Of a stretch of DNA of 64,000 nucleotides, positions 1 to 13,767 are shown piece by piece (positions within the stretch are counted from its first letter, which is position 1; each line of letters starts with the position of its first letter). Source of the stretch: the human T2T-CHM13v2.0 reference genome, Homo sapiens; NCBI RefSeq assembly GCF_009914755.1, contig NC_060948.1. One strand, written 5' to 3'. Position numbers and translations under genes: made by a program. The notes under the pieces were generated by a model. That model made no database searches and was not told the origin of the DNA. It saw only the letters and a list, made by a program, of their open reading frames with translations.

Positions 1-193
1 GGAAAGGAAAGGAATGTCATCGAATGGAATTGAATCGATTGGAATGAAATCGCATAGAATGGAGTGGAATCAAATGGAATTGAATCGAAAGGAAAGGAAG
101 CGAATGGACTGAAATGAAATGGAATGGAATTGAATGGAAAGTAATGCAATGGAATAGAATGGAACGAAATTTCACGGAATGGAATCAAACTGA
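1..193 (+). repeat. Partial DYZ1 unit (3' end)
   Basis: Matches the last ~190 bp of the other units. The unit boundary is set arbitrarily at ATGGAATCAAATCAATGG. Confidence 0.85.
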
Positions 194-1488
194 ATGGAAT
201 CAAATCAATGGAATCAAATCAAATGGAATGGAAAGGAATTGAATGGAGTAGATTGGATTGGATGGGATTGGAATGAAATGTACTGGAAAGGACTCGAATT
301 TCATGAAACGGAATGGAATGAATTGGAACGGAATGGACTCGAATGGAATGGAATGTCATGGAATGGCATCAAATGGAATGGCATCAAATGGAATGGAATC
401 GAATGCAATGGAATGCTATGGAATGGAATGGAATGCATTGGAATGGAATGTCCTCTAATGGAATGGATTCGAGTGGAATGGAATCGAATATAATGGAGTC
501 GAATGAAATGGAATTGAAAGGAATGGGATCGAATACAATGGAATATACTGGAATGTAATGTAATGAACTCGAATGTAATTGACTGGAATGGAATGTACAT
601 GAATGGAATGTAATCGAATGGAAAGTAATCCAATGGAATAGAATCTAATGCAATAAAATCGACTCAAATAGAGTAGAATGTAATGGAATGGAGTGCAGTG
701 CAATGGAATGGAATGGAATGGAATGCAATGGAATGGAATGGAATGGAATGGGATGGAATGGTATGGAATGGATAGTAATGGACTGGAGTGAAATGGACTG
801 GAAAGGAATGGACTCAAATTGAAAGGGCTCGAAAGGAATGGAGTCAAATGGAATGGTCTGGAATGGAATGAACACGAATGTAATGCAATCCAATAGAATG
901 GAATCGAATGGCATGGAATATAAAGAAATGGAATCGAAGAGAATGGAAACAAATGGAGTGGAATTGAATGGAATGGAATTGATTGGAATGGGAACGAATG
1001 GAGTGAAATTGTATGCAGTAGAAGAGAATAGAATGGAATGCAAGCGAAAGGAATGGAATGGATTGGAATGGAATGGAATTCATTGGAATGGAAGGGAATG
1101 TAGTGTAATGGACAGGCCTGGAATAAAGTGGAATGCTACGGTCTCGAATGGAATAAAAATGTATGGAATGGAATGCAATGAAACGGAATCGAATGTCATA
1201 GAATGTAATGGAATGCAAAAAATGGAATCCAAAATCATTGACTGGAAAGGCTGGGTGTCGAAAGGAATTGACTCCAATGGAATGGAATCGAATGGAATGG
1301 AAGTGAATAGAATCGAACTAAATCGAATGGAATGGAATTGATAGGAACGGAATGGAAAGGAATGCAATGATTTGGCATGGAATGGAATCGAATGGCATCG
1401 AATGGAATGGAATGGAATGCAATGGAATGGAATGTGTTAGAATGTAATGAACTTTAATGGAATGTACTCGAATGGATTCGACTGGAAT

Positions 1489-1503
1489 GGAATGTTCTGG
1501 AAG
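1489..1503. promoter_or_regulatory. Consensus heat-shock element 1 of the unit (GGAATGTTCTGGAAG); recurs in all 18 units
   Basis: Exact match to nGAAnnTTCnnGAAn. The motif is seen directly; binding is not demonstrated. Confidence 0.55.
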
Positions 1504-1768
1504 TGAATGGACTCCAATGGAATGGATTCAAAAGGAATGGAATCGTACGGAATGGAATCTAATGGAATGGAATTAAATGGAAATGAATCAAATGGAATAG
1601 CACGGAATTGAATTGAATGGAATCGAATGCAATGGAATCTAATGAAACGGAAAGGAAAGGAATGGAATGGAATGGAATGGGCTGGAATGGAAAGGAATCG
1701 AAATGAATGGAATGGAATCGAACTGAAGAGACTGGAATGGAATGCACTGGAATGGAAGGGAGTGTAAT

Positions 1769-1783
1769 GGAAGGTTCTCGAAA
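1769..1783. promoter_or_regulatory. Consensus heat-shock element 2 of the unit (GGAAGGTTCTCGAAA); intact in 17 of 18 units
   Basis: Exact match to nGAAnnTTCnnGAAn. Broken in unit 9 (TTCTCGGA, ~29615). Confidence 0.55.
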
Positions 1784-2794
1784 AAAATGGAATCGAATGG
1801 AATGGAATTGAATGGAACGGAATAGAGTCGAATGGAATTGAATGGAATGGAATGGACTAGAGTGAAATGGAATAGAACCACAAGGAATGGACAGGAATAG
1901 AATAGTCTCGAATTGAATGGAATCGTATGGAATGGCATCAAACGGAATGGAATGGATAGCCACGGAATGGAATGCACTCGAATGCAGTGGAGTCGAAACT
2001 AATGGACTGGAATAGAATGGACTCGACTGGTACGGACTCCAATGGAATGGAATCGAATGGAAGGGAATCGAATGGAATGGACTCGAAGGGAAAAGACTGC
2101 AATGGAAAGGTCTCGAATGGAATGGAAATTAATGGAATGGAATGGAATCGAATGAAATGGAGTCAAAAGGAATGGAATCGAATGGCAAGAAATCGAATGT
2201 AATGGAATCGCAAGGAATTGATGTGAACGGAACAGAATGGAATGGAATCCAAAGGAATGGAATAGAATGGAATGGAATCGAATGGAAAGGACTCGAATGG
2301 AAATCACTCGAATAGAATGCAATTTAATAAAATAGGATCAAATGTAATGGAATGGAATGGAAAGGAATCGAAACGAAAGGAATGGAGACAGATGGAATGG
2401 AATGGAACAGAGAGCAATGGTATAGAATGGAATGGAATCATCTGGAATGGAATTGAATGGAATGGAATAATATGAAATGGAATGGAATGGAATGGAATGG
2501 AATGCCCTTGAATTAAATGGACTGGAATGGAATGGACTCGAACAGAGTGGAATGGAAAGTGTTGAGATAGAATGGAATGGACTCCTTTGGAATGGTGTAG
2601 TATGCAATGCAATCGACTGGCAGGGAATCAAAAGGAATGTAATGGAATGGATTGGACTGGAATGCAATGGACTCGAATAGATTGGAAACGGAATGCAAAG
2701 GGATGGAATGGAATAGTATGGAATGGAATGGAAAGGAATGGAGTGGAATAGACTAGAGTGGAATGGAATGAACTGGAAAGCAATGGACTGGAAT

Positions 2795-2809
2795 GGAACT
2801 TTCTTGAAC
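2795..2809. promoter_or_regulatory. Consensus heat-shock element 3 of the unit (GGAACTTTCTTGAAY); intact in 17 of 18 units
   Basis: Exact match to nGAAnnTTCnnGAAn. Broken in unit 8 (GAACTTACTTGAA, ~27067). Confidence 0.55.
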
Positions 2810-3736
2810 GGACTGGAATCAAACGGAATGGAATGCAATGCAATCAAATGGCATGGAATAAAATAGAATGAAAGAGAATCAAATGGAATTGAATCGAATG
2901 GAATCGAATGGATTGGAAAGGAATAGAATGGAATGGAATGGAATTGACTCAAATGGAATGGACTAGAATGGAATTTATTCGAATGGAAGGCAAAGGAATG
3001 GAATCTATTGGAATGGACTGTAATGGAATGGAATGGAAGGGATTGGAATGGACTCGAATGGAATGGACTGCAATAGAAAGGATTCGAATGGAATGAAAAA
3101 GAATTGAATGGAATAGAACAGAATGGAATCAAATCGAATGAAATGGAATGGAATAGAAAGGAATGGAATGAAATGGAATGGAAAGGATTCGAATGGAATG
3201 CAATCAAATGGAATGGAATCGAACGGAATGGAATAAAATGGAAGAAAACTGGCAAGAAATGGAATCGAAATGAATGGAGTGTTATGGAACGGACTCAAAA
3301 GGAATTGAATGTAATAGAATGGAGTGGAGTGGACTCGAATATAATGGACTGGAATGGAATGAAATCACATGGAATGGGAACGAATGGAATGGAATGGAAA
3401 GGAATGGAATGGAATGGAAAGGAATCGAATGGAAGGGAATGAAATTGAATCAACAGGAATGGAAGGGAATAGAATAGACGGTAATGGAATGGACTCGAAT
3501 AGAATGGACACGAATGCTCAAATTGAATGGACTCGAAAGGAATGGAAAGGAAAGGAATGTGATCGAATGGAATTGAATCGATTGGAATGAAATCGCATAG
3601 AATGGAGTGGAATCAAATGGAATTGAATCGAAAGGAAAGGAAGCGAATGGACTGAAATGAAATGGAATGGAATTGAATGGAAATTAATGCAATGGAATAG
3701 AATGGAACGAAATTTCACGGAATGGAATCAAACTGA

Positions 3737-6700
3737 ATGGAATCAAATCAATGGAATCTAATCAAATGGAATGGAAAGGAATTGAATGGAGTAGATTGGA
3801 TTGGATGGGATTGGAATGAAATGTACTGGAAAGGACTCGAATTTCATGAAACGGAATGGAATGAATTGGAACGGAATGGACTCGAATGGAATGGAATGTC
3901 ATGGAATGGCATCAAATGGAATGGCATCAAATGGAATGGAATCGAATGCAATGGAATGCTATGGAATGGAATGGAATGCATTGGAATGGAATGTCCTCTA
4001 ATGGAATGGATTCGAGTGGAATGGAATCGAATATAATGGAGTCGAATGAAATGGAATTGAAAGGAATGGGATCGAATACAATGGAATATACTGGAATGTA
4101 ATGTAATGAACTCGAATGTAATTGACTGGAATGGAATGTACATGAATGGAATGTAATCGAATGGAAAGTAATCCAATGGAATAGAATCTAATGCAATAAA
4201 ATCGACTCAGATAGAGTAGAATGTAATGGAATGGAGTGCAGTGGAATGGAATGGAATGGAATGGAATGCAATGGAATGGAATGGAATGGAATGGAATGGG
4301 ATGGAATGGTATGGAATGGATAGTAATGGACTGGAGTGAAATGGACTGGAAAGGAATGGACTCAAATTGAAAGGGCTCGAAAGGAATGGAGTCAAATGGA
4401 ATGGTCTGGAATGGAATGAACACGAATGTAATGCAATCCAATAGAATGGAATCGAATGGCATGGAATATAAAGAAATGGAATCGAAGAGAATGGAAACAA
4501 ATGGAATGGAATTGAATGGAATGGAATTGAATGGAATGGGAACGAATGGAGTGAAATTGTATGCAGTAGAAGAGAATAGAATGGAATGCAAGCGAAAGGA
4601 AAGGAATGGATTAGAATGGAATGGAATTCATTGGAATGGAAGGGAATGTAGTGTAATGGACAGGCCTGGAATAAAGTGGAATGCTACGGTCTCGAATGGA
4701 ATAAAAATGTATGGAATGGAATGCAATGAAACGGAATCGAATGTCATAGAATGTAATGGAATGCAAAAAAATGGACTCCAAAATCATTGACTGGAAAGGC
4801 TGGGTGTCGAAAGGAATTGACTCCAATGGAATGGAATCGAATGGAATGGAAGTGAATAGAATCGAAGTAAATCGAATGGAATGGAATTGATAGGAACGGA
4901 ATGGAAAGGAATGCAATGATTTGGCATGGAATGGAATCGAATGGCATCGAATGGAATGGAATGGAATGCAATGGAATGGAATGTATTAGAAAGTAATGAA
5001 CTTTAATGGAATGTACTCGAATGGATTCGACTGGAATGGAATGTTCTGGAAGTGAATGGACTCTAATGGAATGGATTCAAAAGGAATGGAATCGTACGGA
5101 ATGGAATCTAATGGAATGGAATTAAATGGAAATGAATCAAATTGAATAGCACGGAATTGAATTGAATGGAATGGAATGCAATGGAATCTAATGAAACGGA
5201 AAGGAAAGGAATGGAATGGAATGGAATGGGCTGGAATGGAAAGGAATCGAAACGAATGGAATGGAATCGAACTGAAGAGACTGGAATGGAATGCACTGGA
5301 ATGGAAGGGAGTGTAATGGAAGGTTCTCGAAAAAAATGGAATCGAATGGAATGGAATTGAATGGAACGGAATAGAGTCGAATGGAATTGAATGGAATGGA
5401 ATGGACTAGAGTGAAATGGAATCGAACCACAAGGAATGGACAGGAATAGAATGGTCTCGAATTGAATGGAATCGTATGGAATGGCATCAAACGGAATGGA
5501 ATGGACAGCCACGGAATGGAATGCACTCGAATGCAATGGAGTCGAAACTAATGGACTGGAATAGAATGGACTCGACTGGTACGGACTCCAATGGAATGGA
5601 ATCGAATGGAAGGGAATCGAACGGAATGGACTCGAGGGGAAAAGACTGCAATGGAAAGGTCTCGAATGGAATGGAAATTAATGGAATGGAATGGAATGGA
5701 ATCGAATGAAATGGAGTCAAAAGGAATGGAATCGAATGGCAAGAAATCGAATGTAATGGAATCGCAAGGAATTGATGTGAATGGAGCGGAATGGAATGGA
5801 ATCCAAAGGAATGGAATAGAATGGAAAGGACTCGAATGGAAATCACTCGAATAGAATGCAATTTAATAAAATAGGATCAAATGTAATGGAATGGAATGGA
5901 AAGGAATCGAAACGAAAGGAATGGAGACAGATGGAATGGAATGGAACAGAGAGCAATGGTATAGAATGGAATGGAATCATCTGGAATGGAATTGAATGGA
6001 ATGGAATAATATGAAATGGAATGGAATGGAATGGAATGGAATGCCCTTGAATTAAATGGACTGGAATGGAATGGACTCGAACAGAGTGGAATGGAAAGTG
6101 TTGAGATAGAATGGAAAGGACTCCTTTGGAATGGTGTAGTATGCAATGCAATCGACTGGCAGGGAATCAAAAGGAATGTAATGGAATGGATTGGACTGGA
6201 ATGCAATGGACTCGAATAGATTGGAAACGGAATGCAAAGGAATGGAATGGAATAGTATGGAATGGAATGGAAAGGAATGGAGTGGAATAGACTAGAGTGG
6301 AATGGAATGGACTGGAAAGCAATGGACTGGAATGGAACTTTCTTGAATGGAGTGGAATCAAACGGAATAGAATGCAATGCAATCAAATGGCATGGAATAA
6401 AATAGAATGAAAGAGAATCAAATGGAATTGAATCGAATGGAATCGAATGGATTGGAAAGGAATAGAATGGAATGGAATGGAATTGACTCAGATGGAATGG
6501 ATTCGAATGGAATGGATTCGAATGGAAGGCAAAGGAATGGAATCTATTGGAATGGACTGTAATGGAATGGAAGGGAATGGAATGGAAAGGATTGGAATGG
6601 ACTCGAATGGAATGGACTGCAATAGAAAGGATTCGAATGGAATGAAAAAGAATTGAATGGAATAGAACAGAATGGAATCAAATCGAATGAAATGGAATGG

Positions 6701-7285
6701 AATAGAAAGGAATGGAATGAAATGGAATGGAAAGGATTCGAATGGAATGCAATCGAATGGAATGGAATCGAACAGAATGGAATAAAATGGAAGAAAACTG
6801 GCAAGAAATGGAATCGAAATGAATGGAGTGTTATGGAACGGACTCAAAAGGAATTGAATGTAATAGAATGGAGTGGAGTGGACTCGAATATAGTGGACTG
6901 GAATGGAATGAAATCACATGGAATGGGAACGAATGGAATGGAATGGAAAGGAATGGAATCGAATGGAAAGGAATCGAATGGAAGGGAATGAAATTGAATC
7001 AACAGGAATGGAAGGGAATAGAATAGACGGTAATGGAATGGACTCGAATAGAATGGACACGAATGCTCAAATTGAATGGACTCGAATGGAATGGAAACGA
7101 AAGGAATGTCATCGAATGGAATTGAATCGATTGGAATGAAATCGCATAGAATGGAGTGGAATCAAATGGAATTGAATCGAAAGGAAAGGAAGCGAATGGA
7201 CTGAAATGAAATGGAATGGAATTGAATGGAAAGTAATGCAGTGGAATAGAATGGAACGAAATTTCACGGAATGGAATCAAACTGA
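3737..7285 (+). repeat. DYZ1 unit 2 (3549 bp)
   Basis: Landmark spacing. Carries private +5 (~5695), -15 (~5825) and +10 (~6575) indels. Confidence 0.9.
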
Positions 7286-10200
7286 ATGGAATCAAATCAA
7301 TGGAATCTAATCAAATGGAATGGAAAGGAATTGAATGGAGTAGATTGGATTGGATGGGATTGGAATGAAATGTACTGGAAAGGACTCGAATTTCATGAAA
7401 CGGAATGGAATGAATTGGAACGGAATGGACTCGAATGGAATGGAATGTCATGGAATGGCATCAAATGGAATGGCATCAAATGGAATGGAATCGAATGCAA
7501 TGGAATGCTATGGAATGGAATGGAATGCATTGGAATGGAATGTCCTCTAATGGAATGGATTCGAGTGGAATGGAATCGAATATAATGGAGTCGAATGAAA
7601 TGGAATTGAAAAGAATGGGATCGAATACAATGGAATATACTGGAATGTAATGTAATGAACTCGAATGTAACTGACTGGAATGGAATGTACATGAATGGAA
7701 TGTAATCGAATGGAAAGTATTCCAATGGAATAGAATCTAATGCAATAAAATCGACTCAGATAGAGTAGAATGTAATGGAATGGAGTGCAGTGCAATGGAA
7801 TGGAATGGAATGGAATGCAATGGAATGGAATGGAATGGAATGGAATGGGATGGAATGGTATGGAATGGATAGTAATGGACTGGAGTGAAATGGACTGGAA
7901 AGGTATGGACTCAAATTGAAAGGGCTCGAAAGGAATGGAGTCAAATGGAATGGTCTGGAATGGAATGAACACGAATGTAATGCAATCCAATAGAATGGAA
8001 TCGAATGGCATGGAATATAAAGAAATGGAATCGAAGAGAATGGAAACAAATGGAATGGAAGTGAATGGAATGGAATTGAATGGAATGGGAACGAATGGAG
8101 TGAAATTGTATGCAGTAGAAGAGAATAGAATGGAATGCAAGCGAAAGGAAAGGAATGGATTGGAATGGAATGGAATTCATTGGAATGGAAGGGAATGTAG
8201 TTTAATGGACAGGCCTGGAATGAAGTGGAATGCTACGGTCTCGAATGGAATAAAAATGTATGGAATGGAATGCAATGAAACGGAATCGAATGTCATAGAA
8301 TGTAATGGAATGCAAAAAAATGGAATCCAAAATCATTGACTGGAAAGGCTGGGTGTCGAAAGGAATTAACTCCAATGGAATGGAATCGAATGGAATGGAA
8401 GTGAATAGAATCGAACTAAATCGAATGGAATGGAATTGATAGGAACGGAATGGAAAGGAATGCAATGATTTGGCATGGAATGGAATCGAATGGCATCGAA
8501 TGGAATGGAATGGAATGCAATGGAATGGAATGTATTAGAATGTAATGAACTTTAATGGAATGTACTCGAATGGATTCGACTGGAATGGAATGTTCTGGAA
8601 GTGAATGGACTCCAATGGAATGGATTCAAAAGGAATGGAATCGTACGGAATGGAAACTAATGGAATGGGATTAAATGGAAATGAATCAAATTGAATAGCA
8701 CGGAATTGAATTGAATGGAATCGAATGCAATGGAATCTAATGAAACGGAAAGGAAAGGAATGCAATGGAATGGAATGGGCTGGAATGGAACGGAATCGAA
8801 ACGAATGGAATGGAATCGAACTGAAGAGACTGGAATGGAATGCACTGGAATGGAAGGGAGTGTAATGGAAGGTTCTCGAAAAAAATGGAATCGAATGGAA
8901 TGGAATTGAATGGAACGGAATAGAGTCAAATGGAATTGAATGGAATGGAATGGACTAGAGTGAAATGGAATCGAACCACAAGGAATGGACAGGAATAGAA
9001 TGGTCTCGAATTGAATGGAATCGTATGGAATGGCATCAAACGGAATGGAATGGACAGCCACGGAATGGAATGCACTCGAATGCAATGGAGTCGAAACTAA
9101 TGGACTGGAATAGAATGGACTCGACTGGTACGGACTCCAATGGAATGGAATCGAATGGAAGGGAATCGATCGGAATGGACTCGAAGGGAAAAGACTGCAA
9201 TGGAAAGGTCTCGAATGGAGTGGAAATTAATGGAATGGAATGGAATCGAATGAAATGGAGTCAAAAGGAAAGGAATCGAATGGCAAGAAATCAAATGTAA
9301 TGGAATCGCAAGGAATTGATGTGAACGGAACGGAATGGAATGGAATCCAAAGGAATGGAATAGAATGGAATGGAATCGAATGGAAAGGACTCGAATGGAA
9401 ATCACTCGAATAGAATGCAATTTAATAAAATAGGATCAAATGTAATGGAATGGAATGGAAAGGAATCGAAACGAAAGGAATGGAGACAGATGGAATGGAA
9501 TGGAACAGAGAGCAATGGTATAGAATGGAATGGAATCATCTGGAATGGAATTGAATGGAATGGAATAATATGAAATGGAATGGAATGGAATGGAATGGAA
9601 TGCCCTTGAATTAAATGGACTGGAATGGAATGGACTCGAACAGAGTGGAATGGAAAGTGTTGAAATAGAATGGAATGGACTCCTTTGGAATGGTCTAGTA
9701 TGCAATGCAATCGACTGGCAGGGAATCAAAAGGAATGTAATGGAATGGATTGGACTGGAATGCAATGGACTCGAATAGATTGGAAACAGAATACAAAGGA
9801 ATGGAATGGAATAGTATGGAATGGAATGGAAAGGAATGGAGTGGAATAGACTAGAGTGGAATGGAATGGACTGGAAAGCAATGGACTGGAATGGAACTTT
9901 CTTGAATGGACTGTAATCAAACGGAATGGAATGCAATGCAATCAAATGGCATGGAATAAAATAGAATGAAAGAGAATCAAATGGAATTGAATCGAATGGA
10001 ATCGAATGGATTGGAAAGGAATAGAATGGAATGGAATGGAATTGACTCAAATGGAATGGACTAGAATGGAATGGATTCGAATGGAAGGCAAAGGAATGGA
10101 ATCTATTGGAATGGACTGTAATGGAATGGAACGGAAGGGATTGGAATGGACTCGAATGGAATGGACTGCAATAGAAAGGATTCGAATGGAATGAAAAAGA

Positions 10201-10849
10201 ATTGAATGGAATAGAACAGAATGGAATCAAATCGAATGAAATGGAATGGAAGAGAAAGGAATGGAATGAAATGGAATGGAAAGGATTCGAATGGAATGCA
10301 ATCGAATGGAATGCAATCGAATGGAATGGAATCGAACGGAATGGAATAAAATGGAAGAAAACTGGCAAGAAATGGAATCGAAATGAATGGAGTGTTATGG
10401 AACGGACTCAAAAGGAATTGAATGTAATAGAATGGAGTGGAGTGGACTCGAATATAATGGACTGGAATGGAATGAAATCACATGGAATGGGAACGAATGG
10501 AATGGAATGGAAAGGAATGGAATCGAATGGAAAGGAATCGAATGGAAGGGAATGAAATTGAATCAACAGGAATGGAAGGGAATAGAATAGACGGTAATGG
10601 AATGGACTCAAATAGAATGGACACGAATGCTCAAATTGAATGGACTCGAATGGAATGGAAACGAAAGGAATGTCATCGAATGGAATTGAATCGATTGGAA
10701 TGAAATCGCATAGAATGGAGTGGAATCAAATGGAATTGAATCGAAAGGAAAGGAAGCGAATGGACTGAAATGAAATGGAATGGAATTGAATGGAAAGTAA
10801 TGCAATGGAATAGAATGGAACGAAATTTCACGGAATGGAATCAAACTGA
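7286..10849 (+). repeat. DYZ1 unit 3 (3564 bp)
   Basis: Landmark spacing. Has a 15-bp tandem duplication of ATGCAATCGAATGGA at ~10296-10325. Confidence 0.9.
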
Positions 10850-13767
10850 ATGGAATCAAATCAATGGAATCAAATCAAATGGAATGGAAAGGAATTGAAT
10901 GGAGTAGATTGGATTGGATGGGATTGGAATGAAATGTACTGGAAAGGACTCGAATTTCATGAAACGGAATGGAATGAATTGGAACGGAATGGACTCGAAT
11001 GGAATGGAATGTCATGGAATGGCATCAAATGGAATGGCATCAAATGGAATGGAATCGAATGCAATGGAATGCTATGGAATGGAATGGAATGCATTGGAAT
11101 GGAATGTCCTCTAATGGAATGGATTCGAGTGGAATGGAATCGAATATAATGGAGTCGAATGAAATGGAATTGAAAGGAATGGGATCGAATACAATGGAAT
11201 ATACTGGAATGTAATGTAATGAACTCGAATGTAATTGACTGGAATGGAATGTACATGAATGGAATGTAATCGAATGGAAAGTAATCCAATGGAATAGAAT
11301 CTAATGCAATAAAATCGACTCAGATAGAGTAGAATGTAATGGAATGGAGTGCAGTGCAATGGAATGGAATGGAATGGAATGCAATGGAATGGAATGGAAT
11401 GGAATGGAATGGAATGGAATGGGATGGGATGGAATGGTATGGAATGGATAGTAATGGACTGGAGTGAAATGGACTGGAAAGGAATGGACTCAAATTGAAA
11501 GGGCTCGAAAGAAATGGAGTCAAATGGAATGGTCTGGAATGGAATGAACACGAATGTAATGCAATCCAATAGAATGGAATCGAATGGCATGGAATATAAA
11601 GAAATGGAATCAAAGAGAATGGAAACAAATGGAATGGAATTGAATGGAATGGAATTGAATGGAATGCGAACGAATGGAGTGAAATTGTATGCAGTAGAAG
11701 GGAATAGAATGGAATGCAAGTGAAAGGAAAGGAATGGATTGGAATGGAATGGAATTCATTGGAATGGAAGGGAATGTAGTGTAATGGACAGGCCTGGAAT
11801 AAAGTGGAATGCTACGGTCTCGAATGGAATAAAAATGTATGGAATGGAATGCAATGAAACGGAATCGAATGTCATAGAATGTAATGGAATGCAAAAAAAT
11901 GGAATCCAAAATCATTGACTGGAAAGGCTGGGTGTCGAAAGGAATTGACTCCAATGGAATGGAATCGAATGGAATGGAAGTGAATAGAATCGAACTAAAT
12001 CGAATGGAATGGAATTGATAGGAACGGAATGGAAAGGAATGCAATGATTTGGCATGGAATGGAATCGAATGGCATCGAATGGAATGGAATGGAATGCAAT
12101 GGAATGGAATGTATTAGAATGTAATGAACTTTAATGGAATGTACTCGAATGGATTCGACTGGAATGGAATGTTCTGGAAGTGAATGGACTCCAATGGAAT
12201 GGATTCAAAAGGAATGGAATCGTACGGAATGGAATCTAATGGAATGGAATTAAATGGAAATGAAGCAAATTGAATAGCACGGAATTGAATTGAATGGAAT
12301 GGAATGCAATGGAATCTAATGAAACGGAAAGGAAAGGAATGGAATGGAATGGAATGGGCTGGAATGGAAAGGAATCGAAACGAATGGAATGGAATCGAAC
12401 TGAAGAGACTGGAATGGAATGCACTGGAATGGAAGGGAGTGTAATGGAAGGTTCTCGAAAAAAATGGAATCGAATGGAATGGAATTGAATGGAATGGAAT
12501 AATATGAAAATGAATGGAATGGAATGGAATGGAATGCCCTTGAATTAAATGGACTGGAATGGAATGGACTCGAACAGAGTGGAATGGAAAGTGTTGAGAT
12601 AGAATGGAATGGACTCCTTTGGAATGGTCTAGTATGCAATGCAATCGACTGGCAGGGAATCAAAAGGAATGTAATCGAATGGATTGGACTGGAATGCAAT
12701 GGACTCGAATAGATTGGAAACGGAATGCAAAGGAATGGAATGGAATAGTATGGAATGGAATGGAAAGGAATGGAGTGGAATAGACTAGAGTGGAATGGAA
12801 TGGACTGGAAAGCAATGGACTGGAATGGAACTTTCTTGAATGGACTGGAATCAAACGGAATGGAATGCAATGCAATCAAATGGCATGGAATAAAATAGAA
12901 TGAAAGAGAATCAAATGGAATTGAATCGAATGGAATCGAATGGATTGGAAAGGATTAGAATGGAATGGAATGGAATTGACTCAAATGGAATGGACTAGAA
13001 TGGAATGGATTCGAATGGAAGGCAAAGGAATGGAATCTATTGGAATGGACTGTAATGGAATGGAATGGAAGGGATTGGAATGGACTCGAATGGAATGGAC
13101 TGCAATAGAAAGGATTCGAATGGAATGAAAAAGAATTGAATGGAATAGAACAGAATGGAATCAAATCGAATGAAATGGAATGGAAGAGAAAGGAATGGAA
13201 TGAAATGGAATGGAAAGGATTCGAATGGAATGCAATCGAATGGAATGGAATCGAACGGAATGGAATAAAATGGAAGAAAACTGGCAAGAAATGGAATCGA
13301 AATGAACGGAGTGTTATGGAACGGACTCAAAAGGAATTGAATGTAATAGAATGGAGTGGAGTGGACTCGAATATAATGGACTGGAATGGAATGAAATCAC
13401 ATGGAATGGGAACGAATGGAATGGAATGGAAAGGAATGGAATCGAATGGAAAGGAATCGAATGGAAGGGAATGAAATTGAATCAACAGGAATGGAAGGGA
13501 ATAGAATAGACGGTAATGGAATGGACTCGAATAGAATGGACACGAATGCTCAAATTGAATGGACTCGAATGGAATGGAAACGAAAGGAATATCATCGAAT
13601 GGAATTGAATCGATTGGAATGAAATCGCATAGAATGGAGTGGAATCAAATGGAATTGAATCGAAAGGAAAGGAAGCGAATGGACTGAAATGAAATGGAAT
13701 GGAATTGAATGGAAGTAATGCAATGGAATAAAATGGAACGAAATTTCACGGAATGGAATCAAACTGA
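10850..13767 (+). repeat. DYZ1 unit 4, internally deleted (2918 bp)
   Basis: Lacks 645 bp at the junction ~12475-12494 and has a 1-bp deletion at ~13714. Confidence 0.9.

Larger units (their letters stand above)
194..3736 (+). repeat. DYZ1 unit 1 (3543 bp)
   Basis: Landmark to landmark. Has A6 instead of A7 at ~1217-1222 and a short (GGAAT)4 tract. Confidence 0.9.

Noticed and set aside
166-180. Possible fourth HSE, CGAAATTTCACGGAA
   Set aside because: The third unit reads GGA rather than GAA, so it is only a two-unit match and was not counted.
2320-2340. AATAAA polyadenylation-like hexamers (also ~652, ~1122, ~1152 and equivalents in each unit)
   Set aside because: They arise easily from GGAAT decay on an A-rich strand. 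There is no downstream GU/U-rich element and no transcript evidence in the sequence.
3750-3770. DUX4-like motif GAATCTAATCA in units 2, 3, 10 and 11
   Set aside because: It mismatches the TAAT core, is present in only a few units, and is expected by chance in this repeat.
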